Positions 54,579 to 64,000 of a stretch of DNA of 64,000 nucleotides are shown here, piece by piece; position 1 is the first letter of the stretch, and each line of letters starts with the position of its first letter. The stretch spans positions 620,001 to 684,000 of the forward strand of contig JAUFOQ010000001.1 in assembly GCA_040285855.1 (NCBI GenBank). Reading direction: 5' to 3'. The notes beneath the pieces were generated by a model. The model had not been told where the DNA came from, searched no databases, and saw only the letters and a list, made by a program, of their open reading frames with translations. This stretch comes from Eukaryota sp. GEM-RC1. Its lineage: Eukaryota. The translations under genes were made by a program, and so were the position numbers.

Positions 54579-54826
54579 TGTTACCACTAAGCTAATAGCG
54601 CTATTAGCTTAGTGGTAACAAAAGGTTTGCTGGTGCCCTTCGTCGGGTCTTTCTTACGCTACCAGCTTAGCAGTACCTCCAGGAAATAGCTCACCTCTGT
54701 GTGGTCCATGTTTTAGGACATACCATTACTTGTTCGACCTCACCCGGACTCGAACCTTCGACCTTCGAAGAGCAGCAAACCTTTTGTTACCACTAAGCTA
54801 ATAGCGCTATTAGCTTAGTGGTAACA
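54579..54826. mobile_element. 248-bp TGT...ACA element with palindromic 54-bp TIRs and a 4-bp TSD
   Basis: CACT on both flanks (54575-54578 and 54827-54830). Each TIR is a 42-bp perfect palindrome plus AAAGGTTTGCTG. Confidence 0.9.
54620..54807 (-). ncRNA. Predicted tRNA-derived Pol III transcript (~188 nt)
   Basis: A box TAGCTTAGTGG (54800-54790) and B box GGTTCGAGTCC (54756-54746) at tRNA spacing. The first TTTT is at 54623-54620. The cloverleaf stems do not pair. Confidence 0.6.
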
Positions 54827-55494
54827 CACTCTTAGAAATCCGTTCTCCTTAGAACTACATGTAGTTGTTGGACGTACAAGAAATCGATTCACAAAGGTCA
54901 AATGATAGTGATTCGGACTTTTGATGTATATATTCTGTCTACTATTGTTCCTGCAAAATGAAAAATTTATGGCGTTGTGTATAATGTGGTACATCTACCC
55001 ATAGTCTACATATTTAATTGTGAGCTTGACGTATTGTTGACAGTCCCTGTACGTCGCTATACCAAGTATGAGTAAAATACGACAACTGTAAAAATTGGAA
55101 AAGGATTTACAGCAAATGTATCCAAAAGTGAAACCTCAAGGGGCTCTTTTTCATCCCTTGTAAATAGAAACATCAAACCACTATTGATTCCTTTTAAGAG
55201 AAAATAACTAGTGTTGATGCCCCCGAGAGTACGCTACAGACTTTCAACCGTTTCAAGTTCAAGGGTAAAACATGTCCAAGGTTGCGTTGTGTGGGATGTG
55301 AAGAACTAATATTGTCAGCAATCGATGTATCATATCCAGTAATTTAGGCTATTTTTCGTTGGTGGAATTCGTTGGAGGCCAGATTTTCGGCGTGAGTCTT
55401 CTCAAGTCAAGTTTGACCTGACTTGACTCATCTCACTTCATCACGTAAACGCGTTTTCAACAGAATTTCCTTTTGGAACGTGCCCATTTGGAAT

Positions 55495-56203
55495 CAGGAA
55501 TGTAAAATAAACAAATATATTGTACAATAACAATCAATATATTTATTGTTATCTTATTGTGGACATATCTCTCAACAATATATTTATCTTCAAAACTCAA
55601 CAATATACGATATATTTCAATAAGATAAGATAATTCAAGAACGTTCTTTTTGTTGTTGTAGCCTGATTTTTTCTTGATGTCAATTTAGAATAAAGTAGGA
55701 TTGTGTTGAAACATTGGAACTCCAAGGTAACAGAGAACCATGCAGTCACGGTGGCTCAAATAAAAGATTGAACAAACGTAAACAGCAACGAACTAATCAA
55801 GATCTACAGTATATAGATTTAAGTTGGATACCTGCAACTAGAAATGAAGATGGGATGCTTTTCAGTCTAGCTCAGAAGGACTTCAGGAAACACTAAACCA
55901 AATCTGAACTCAAAAGCGTTAGGAAAGCAACTGTTCTTGTTGTACAATGTTGATCTGTGGGATCAAACTTCTATTGGAAAATTTTAATAAAGTATCTCAC
56001 ACCTCAGTCTAATCGGGCTACAATTGATGAATGTGATCAAATTCTTGTTCTTAGTGATTTGTTTACTGTCGTTATTGAAGATATATTTATTGTTTTGACT
56101 CAAGATAACCAATAAATAAGATAAGATATCAATCCAGACAATATATTTATTGTTGGATGTCAGAAAAACAATAAGATAACAATAAGATATTTTTACATTG
56201 CTG
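55495..56203. mobile_element. Non-autonomous hAT-type element (709 bp)
   Basis: TIR CAG(G/C)AATGTAAAA, perfect TSD TTTGGAAT, AATATATT/ATAAGAT subterminal repeats. Confidence 0.88.
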
Positions 56204-56211
56204 TTTGGAAT

Positions 56212-56799
56212 ATGTTTAAAACATGTCAAGAAATGCAAACCTGTCAAAATTGGATCGAAGAGGCTTGTGTTGTTCTAGAAGTTCCTTCTGCTCTAGCAAT
56301 TGGATACTTAGAGTGTTTAACTGCAGATGATCTAGGATTTCCATCACTTTCTCCAGCTGTGGTCTTTCTTGCTTCCCGAGCATTGAATTGTTGCCATTGC
56401 TTCGACATCGACTGTCTATCCCTAATGACACACTACTCTGTTTCTACTGAGTCCATTAGCAACGCTGTAAGTGTTTTGCTTCCTTATGCACAACAGTTTC
56501 CTCATCCATCAATGTTCTATTGTCAATTGTTTTCCAATTGGTTGTTTGATGATGGAATCTGTACACATACACAGTCCAAACAATTGTCTCAAAAATGTCT
56601 AAAGACTATAAGTACAATCAACTTCGAGGTTTTGAGTCAACTTCCACCTCTAGAGCTTTCATGGTATCTGATCAAAGGTTATTGTGATAATTTGGTTATT
56701 CCTGAAGCAACGAAGTGTATGTCCGAAAATCTTGGTTTTGAACCTTGCAATGTAGAAAATGTTGTTCTGTATTCATTTTTACAGAACTTGATAATGTAA
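56212..56799 (+). CDS. Hypothetical protein, possible cyclin/TFIIB-like fold
   Basis: Intact 195-aa ORF. WIEEAC..L....A..YL and AVVFLASRA resemble cyclin-box helices. Confidence 0.45.
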   Translation: MFKTCQEMQTCQNWIEEACVVLEVPSALAIGYLECLTADDLGFPSLSPAVVFLASRALNCCHCFDIDCLSLMTHYSVSTESISNAVSVLLPYAQQFPHPSMFYCQLFSNWLFDDGICTHTQSKQLSQKCLKTISTINFEVLSQLPPLELSWYLIKGYCDNLVIPEATKCMSENLGFEPCNVENVVLYSFLQNLIM

Positions 56800-57596
56800 A
56801 ATATGTAAAAACAATCTTTGTCACAACAGAAATACAATTAAAAATACTACATGTAGTGGTGTTTAGGAATTGGGTAGAACATCTTCATCTACCTCCTACT
56901 CTGTGTAGATGACAATAAGCACATTCGTATGTTGTCTACCTACCACGACGCTAATCGATCTTGGTGAGGATTAATTTACTCGCTCAGTCATCGGATGACT
57001 TCTCGTGCGGTGAACATTATCGGGTTGTACTTTCTCACTGAATAGTCATAGATGACAAGATGTCATTTGACGTATTTCACACCAGACGAACAGTTGTGTT
57101 TGTATTCATCGTTGTTTTATTGAAATAACAATTGTAGGTTATTAAGTTATAACAGGTGACAATTGAAATGTCTAGAATAATGTTGATTTATTTAAGTAAC
57201 AGTGTGACTGCGGAAGATGGCGAACTGTAGCAATTCCCTACCCATGGGAGTAAAGCTTTCGTGTTGGTTGGATCGCACCTATTGGAGGATGTGTATGTTT
57301 GTTTTGGGATGAAGACTGATTACAAGATTTACGACAGTTAGGTCGTTCGACAACGAGAAAGAAGTCTATGTAGAATAGATACTGCAACTTTAAGCCCTCC
57401 GGATGTAAAAATTGCAGTATGTGTGTTGAAGAAGAAGCGAATGCGTAACGTGTACGAGCTTTAGTTTGGAAATGAGATGATCTTAAATACAGAAAGAAGG
57501 CACATCAGGAAGGTTCTTGTTTCATTGTGGTAGGTATTTTCGAAAATCGAAACGTTGAACCAGTGCCAGTGACTCACTAATTACTAACACTAATTA

Positions 57597-58028
57597 CTAT
57601 TTTATTTGCCTTATCAGAGATGGAATGAATCTATGATAATTGCTCGGAATTAACATTTTTAATTCTTTCCTCAATCTTATATATTCATATTCATCTGTAC
57701 ATTTTTCAATCCAAGAAAATTCCTCCAGTAAATGTCCAGAAACAGAAGATTTGCCAATCAATTCAGTGTATACCTTCATCACATTTGTATTTGTTTGTTT
57801 ATGATATAAGGATTTTCTAAAGGCACTTGCTAAACGTGCTGTGAATAAATGAGCATTCGAAGTGTATTTCCCCTTAATCGAGAAATCACCATTCAGATAA
57901 ATGAATTCATTTGCTAATAATAATTCATCATCACTTGATACTGTATCAGTATTTAATAAACAAAGATTTGGATATTTTTCTTTCCAATATTTTATTTTAC
58001 TTCCTTGTGTCTCACAATATTGATAGGG
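57597..58028 (-). CDS. Start-less 143-codon open frame (terminal exon or foreign fragment)
   Basis: The frame stays open 82 codons upstream of the called ORF and is preceded by TCTTATTAG. Confidence 0.4.
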   Translation of the reverse strand, partial: PYQYCETQGSKIKYWKEKYPNLCLLNTDTVSSDDELLLANEFIYLNGDFSIKGKYTSNAHLFTARLASAFRKSLYHKQTNTNVMKVYTELIGKSSVSGHLLEEFSWIEKCTDEYEYIRLRKELKMLIPSNYHRFIPSLIRQIK

Positions 58029-58510
58029 CTAATAAGACGAACACTTTACTAATGTGAGGTGGAACAGTAGCAAAGTATAAAGTTATTTAAAATTGAACAT
58101 TATTGTAGAACAACGCAAAAAGTGATAGACAAACAACGGACATGTAGAAAAATGTACTTCTAATAGAAATCCAAAATCTGAGTTTATAGTAATCAGGCTT
58201 GGGGCGGCTGAACCAGTTTTACAGCTCTAAGTGTTGATTGTAGTTGGTGATCGTTGACTCTCATATTCTCTTGATTCAGTATATTCATTAACTTTTAGAT
58301 TGAAATGGGACATTTTAAAGTTTTTTATTATTTCATTAAAACACTGGATGAACAGAAGTTCAAACGAACTGTGTTTAAAACCACAATCCTTAGCGGACTT
58401 AACCTAGAGTTGAACGACTGTAGATATAGTCCAGGTTTCGACTCTAATTGACCAAAGTCAACGACGGAGCTGTGATTCACCTAATTAAATACGGTACCGA
58501 ATGTCTTCTC

Positions 58511-59974
58511 CTAACCTAGAATAGTAATAGTACCATAAGGTAGAGTGAAATAAGGGTAAACAGTCTCATTTTGATTTACAGTAAGTTCACCAGTTAGATA
58601 TTTCTTCAATGAACAAATGTCTTTGAAAGAGATACAATTATTGACTAAATCAACAGTAACTTCAAGAATATCACCTGAAACAAACTGCTGATCCGTCCCT
58701 GACAAACCAGTTGACCCATCAGCGTTGGAATTACACGTGATCACTTGCAACTCAGAGGAATCAGAGGTGACACGTGCTACTCCAATTGAGAAGGGGTACC
58801 TAATGGAATAAGAGCTAGTATGAACAAGTCTTACCCTCCATTGGTAAATTCTGCCAGGCTCAAGAGGAGTATCGCCCAGAACATAATGTTTTGGTGAACT
58901 AGAAGATTGTTGAGATGAAGCAGTTTTAGAGTTTGAACTTATAGTAATACTACTAGACTTGTTAGTAGTTGAGAATTGAAATGTAAGTTGACACGGTGTA
59001 GCTTGAATAATTCGTCGTAAGTCAATTAGTTCTTTTCCAATATTTCTGCTCTTGATTTGCACTGTTCATTAGTAGTAATGGTTTCAAAGACAGGCGATCT
59101 TAAACGATCGAAATGGAATTCCATAAGAAAGTTCTTGAGTCCAGTAAACTTATCTAATGGTCTTAATAACAATTCGTTCCAATCAGAAACTGAGAGTAGC
59201 TCAACATTCATAGAATTTAAAAATTCGTAAAGTCTTTCCTTATCTAATTGGTTCTCAACGTAAGACATAACGAGACATTTAACATAGAACCGATGTGAAA
59301 CTGACGTAGAACAGAAAGGCAGAAGTACAGAGAGAGAAGAAGGAGAAAGAAGAGGAAGTTCATAGTCACAGTCAGTTTTAAACTCATTTAAGTGAGGACC
59401 AACGTATTCTAGTGCTCTCTTATCTTCAAGTTTGTCAGCTCCAACAATGAAGTTAACCACCCAATCCCAGGATTGGAACTTCTTCTTCAAAACAGAACAT
59501 AGAAGTTCGGGAATCTTGTCAGCTTGGAAGTAGTGAGAGAGATAAAATAGATCGTAAGCGTTGACTTTAGTCACTGTGAAAGGAAGATCGTAGAATCCAC
59601 GGAGGATGGAGGTGAGGGAATCGATGGTGACCGGGAGATCGGACAAGTCCAGAGGGTTTTCATCTTTGTCTTTGAATTCTAAGTACCAAAGGTTTGCGAA
59701 GAACTTGGAGTTTGTTGCAAGGATACCTTTCATTACGGGGAACGTGGAATCCTTGAAGACGAGTTGTTGATCGGAGAACTGTTCATTTAGGAGAAGAGAA
59801 GATAGAGTACCATTAGCGCAGATTTCTTCATCTCCATCATGAATACTGTCAGAAAGATTGGTCTCAGAGTGTGGTGTGTTGGTGGTTTCTTCAATATTTC
59901 CATCTACAACAGGTAGAGTTTTGAGAGCAAATGGTGATTCCACATCGTTTGGAACACCAAATGAGAAAAGACAT
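58511..59974 (-). CDS. Divergent BTB/POZ - SPRY-like protein with two homopolymer frameshifts
   Basis: BTB motif KGILATNSKFFANLW...HYFQADK and SPRY-like LGDTPLEPGRIYQWRV...IGV...VYPYF. Adding one A at ~59035 joins the ORFs; removing one T at ~59967 gives an MSFSFGVP start. Confidence 0.8.
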
Positions 59975-60289
59975 TAGAGTTAAGGGATTTCAAACGCACT
60001 CCATATTTGGGTATCGACACTTTTTGTGATGTGATATTTGTGAGTGATTTTTGTGATATTTGCGATGCTTGTGGTGGTCCAAATAAACAAAATATGGTGA
60101 TATAAACTAATTGAAGAGTATACTCGATCAATTTTTGCTTTTGTGTGTGTATTTTTGTTCGATTTAGAATACTCTATCGGAATGAATGCAAGAGATCACA
60201 CTTACATTCTGTCCTATTTGTCACACAACCACCAAAAGGAACTCACTGATCACTGATAGTGATAGTGACGATTTAGCGACGATGCAGGG

Positions 60290-60840
60290 AATTGTTTTAC
60301 AAACAGAACAACTTAACAAGAGAGCTGCAGAATCTCAAATGATGTCTCAATCAGTTTCTCAATCAAAAATGATTAAAGTCTCTCAAACTAAGAAACTTTA
60401 TCAGTTTCAAGTTTGTGGGAATAGAAACAGAGTTGTTGGAACTTGTGGTAATAGTGTGTGTAGAAGTAGCTTGGGACAAAATCCACTTCTTCTAAGTAAT
60501 GTGTATACTTGGAAGTTGAGATACCAAGGGAATCCTGATGGTCTTTTTGTTGGAGTCATTGACAATTCAATGTTTGATGTTGATGGAGATTTTATCAGAA
60601 TGATCACTGTTTTCAAAGTAGTGATCGCGTTTATGGTTGTCTCTCAGGAAACAAGACCGAATGGAATCCTGGTGAATTACTCGAGATCAATGCAAATTTT
60701 ATGAATTACACTTTAACAATCAAATCCGTTTGTAATTTTTCGATTTATCTTAATGGACCTCTTCCCAGAATTAAGTAGTGGTAATTTTTATTCGTACGCT
60801 TTCTTATATCATAGTAATCATGTAATCTGTAATCGTTAAA
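60290..60840 (+). pseudogene. SPRY-only decayed paralogue
   Basis: LGQNPLLLSNVYTWKLRYQG...VGVID, then a frameshifted GCLSGNKTEWNPGELLEI. The 3' flank 60890-60960 matches 11555-11625 inverted. Confidence 0.85.
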
Positions 60841-61669
60841 TACAGCTGGTAACATTGTTAAAGCGGGTAGGTCTCCTCATTTAAAGAAGTGATTCAAATT
60901 AATTTATGAATTCTGAAGTCAATTTCAGTGGAAGACATCAACCACTGGAAGTTGACACCATGATGAGTTACTTGCTTTAAATAAAGAAATTGATTGACGA
61001 GACTGCTTATATTGCTACTCGGAAACAACGTGTGGATCCATTTGCAAGAGGGGCTTATTAAGCACTTCAACCACCAAAAAACCGATTTGTCGTGCTTAGC
61101 TGATGACAACACACGATTTCGGTCATTACCATCAGTTGAAGTGTGAACTTATATGTGTGAGCTTATGAAAGATAGTCGCTGACAGTGATTAAAAAAGTCG
61201 ATCATAAAGAAACTTCATGTACATGTATCAAATTGTGGTTTTTCAATGTATGGGTTGTCTATTTTGCTGATATTGAGAAGAATTGTGAGAATCACCACTT
61301 CTCAGCGAGTGGTGGGCTTTTATTGTGTTTGAGGTCCTTCAGAACTTTGTACGCACCGCTTACTGTCGTAGATTACTGGACAACTACGCTTGTGAGGTTT
61401 TGTGGTCCATCTGACCTTTTCACAACTTTAATCTTATCTTCCTCATGTTGAATTGGAAGAGAACTAAGTGTTTCTTAGTCAATTGATTAGGAATCTGGAT
61501 GTACACACTTTCACCGCAAACCACACCCACAAAATTGCATGAGCACTACTCCCGGTCTTCAGCTGTTTTGGCATCGTGACCTTGCTCATCTTCTAGACAA
61601 ACGTACTGAGAACCTAGTTTATTACCAATAAAGACCATAGATACCACGATCATCGTGCACATTCATTTT

Positions 61670-61736
61670 ACTCTATATAGTGCGCTTCTGGATATAGTGC
61701 GTACCAAAATGAGCGCACTATATCCAGGGTAGACTG
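61670..61736. mobile_element. Solo pogo/Tigger-like terminus
   Basis: Three ATATAGTGCG motifs (one inverted) ending CAGGGTAGACTG|TA; no partner end was found. Confidence 0.5.
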
Positions 61737-63315
61737 TACTAACATTACTACAGTGAAGTTGCTTCGATAGTAGACTTTTCATTTTAGATTTTTTTATAGT
61801 GAATTGTGGCTTTTGTTTCCAATGGTCTATATTGTGTTTAGTTTTTTTGTGGGTTCTATGTTTGAGTACATAAATCCGCTTTGTTTTAGTTGTGGAATAC
61901 GCAAGTACTGCCATCTTCCGAATAGAGATAAGTTATGATGTTCAGTAATTTCAAACGATCCAGTTTATGAACAAAAATCCCCACAACTATTATCACTGAA
62001 GTATATTCGCCCTGTCGATGCAATGTCTAAACACTAAAAATACAGTCTAAACTAAAAGTATTACTTTTATTAATTTCATTGTGGACGACATCTCTGTTCC
62101 TAAATATTGATGCTACTGTTCCATCTCTCATTCGCCAACGTTTGTGAAGAAAACTTTTCTGAGTCCCTGAATTATATCAATGGTGGTCAATGCTTCTATG
62201 ATTACACAGTAGACATCTTCATCATCCTGACCCTAGCAAGGTGCAGTTTATTGATTGAATGTGACAACAATCGACCTCTTGTAGCAATGTCCGAGTTGAT
62301 CTTGGAATACTAAACTGCCGCTAACGTTTCTTATAAACATAACCTAACCACTAAACTAGTTGACAAGTTTTTGAATGACCCTGCTAGTTTCTTCTCATCT
62401 CCTGCTTTCTATATACAAATCTCACACAGAAATCTCAACCATTCAGTCTTTAACAAAATAGGTTTAGAACACGACCGACAACAGGCTGTCTCCATTACTT
62501 TAGAAGACTTGTAGGCTGTCAATACTGGTGTGGTTGCTGTAAACGCGTCCCGGCGCTCGAGTAAATCGTTATACGAGTCGGGGACATCAACCATGTGATC
62601 TATTCCGTATTCTATTGAAAGACTGCTGTTTACTCCCAAAGCTACCCAGCCAGTACAGCAAATGACTGAAGATGACCGGTTGGCAAAGGACGATGCATCT
62701 TTTGTAGTTCAAGGTCTCCTCACTGTGATTGCCTTAAAGCGAAATCCACGTGAGAATCTTGAAAAACAGATCTTTGTCGGAGAAATCCACACCTCATTGG
62801 AGATCCAGCTAAGCAGAATTCACGAACACCTTTCATGGCTACCAGGCAATCATACTGATTAGTGGAGTAATTTGTTAAAGGCAATAATGATATTTGTATT
62901 CTTCATAAATATCGCCCTTCAAGGTCGCTCAAATTGGTCAACATACTAGTTCATCCATATCACTCAGTTGATAGTCAAAACGAGAACTGATTGAATTAAT
63001 GGTGTTGATACCGATAATGTGTGATGACGTACCTCATGTATCGTATAGTCTGCTGTGTTTTCTTGTAGGGCCTTCGTAACAAATACCAATTTTCTCACAC
63101 ACCTCAATCACAAATACCACTTTTCTGAATAACATCTTTTATAAATACCAAACAACACAGAAAGTCTAAACCTCTTCTTCACAGCCTGAGCTACTATATA
63201 TTTCGTATTCATCTTGCCAAATTTGATCGTCTTCATCACTAAGTGAATCAGTGCCACAAGAACATTAGTTTCCAGTTTTGGTCTCGTTTACTTATCTCAT
63301 TTCCTATTGCTTCTA

Positions 63316-64000
63316 ACGTCATTCTCTCTTCCCCCAGCAGAAACTCTTGCCATCATTCTTGATGAACCCTCTCTATGTAACCAAACCATTTCATTCGGCG
63401 GTGAATCCATCGATGTAAACAAATCTGTCCTTGCTGCACACTCCATATACTTCCGATCCCTCTGGTTCTTAGAGTTTGGGGATAAACTCGAGAACTCCAT
63501 CGACTTCTCCCATCTTCCCGTCGATTCCGACAACTTCTTAGCTTACCTCAAGTCCTTCTTCGGAAAGTCATTCACCCTCAATGAAAGCAACGCCTACAAC
63601 TTCTTTTACCTCGTCCACTACTTCCAAGTGGACAAACTCATTCACCACGTTGAAAACCACCTAAACACTCATCTCGTAACCTGGGCTTGGTTAAAACCGT
63701 TCATTAAAGAAGCAAATGAAAGAAATGACTTGAGAGCCCTGGAATTCTTTGGTCCTTTCTCTTCCAAGATTGATGACCTTGTGATTGATGACGTGATGAC
63801 AATCACTACTGAAGGCTCAAAAATACTTTCCAAGTTCTGCCTTTCCACTCATCAATTGTCTTAGTTCTTCCCATCGATGGAAATCTATTGTGAATCGTTT
63901 TTGATTCAGTTTTTGAATATTTCAAATTTTTCAATTGGGTTTCTTTCTTTTCAACAATGGGAAGAGTTTCTGTTTGTTCCTATAAACGATGCTTCTTTAA
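63316..64000 (+). pseudogene. BTB(-SPRY) paralogue, runs off the window
   Basis: Near-identical BTB to 12744-13211. The start ATG is replaced by ACG (63316), and TGG has become TAG at 63862-63864. Confidence 0.85.

Noticed and set aside
54633..54735. Twister or hammerhead ribozyme inside the palindromic element
   Set aside because: UAAUGG...GUCCUAA...GAGG resembles a twister only loosely. The second pseudoknot and the CUGAUGA/GAAA core are missing; an Infernal scan would settle it.
54735..54807. Functional tRNA gene
   Set aside because: A and B boxes are present, but the acceptor, D, anticodon and T stems do not pair properly.
54579..54826. CRISPR mini-array or protelomerase site
   Set aside because: There are only two repeats, 164 bp apart, and they are parts of one TIR pair with a TSD. 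No cas or telomere-resolvase gene is present in the window.
11674..60840. Diversity-generating retroelement acting on SPRY domains
   Set aside because: Differences between SPRY copies are not adenine-specific, and no DGR-type RT or template repeat is visible.

Overview
AT-rich eukaryotic (protist-like) DNA that is mostly a transposon and pseudogene graveyard. I saw no operons, rRNA or CRISPR array. Host-type content: an intronless BTB/POZ-coiled coil-SPRY(B30.2)-like family (two nearly intact genes with homopolymer frameshifts, three decayed copies), a dispersed ~2-kb degenerate divergent gene-pair repeat (possibly LRR-type), a cyclin/TFIIB-like ORF, and a secreted Cys-rich protein gene that the ORF track misses. 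Mobile content: CRE-clade non-LTR retrotransposon pieces with a restriction-like endonuclease, Ty3/gypsy integrase-chromodomain and gag-like remnants, hAT, MULE and IS630-Tc1 transposase remnants, and about ten non-autonomous TIR elements with readable target-site duplications, four of them in one nested stack. The most unusual item is a 248-bp TGT...ACA element at 54579-54826. It has a 4-bp TSD, 54-bp perfect TIRs that each contain a 42-bp perfect palindrome, and a tRNA-type Pol III A/B-box unit whose predicted start and stop fall on the palindrome axis and boundary. This suggests a self-priming, hairpin-replicating, integrase-mobilised mini-retroelement (inference). The BTB-SPRY family recalls, from memory only, expansions in free-living metamonads; the organism is not established. 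All family calls are by-eye motif recognition, and remnant coordinates are approximate.
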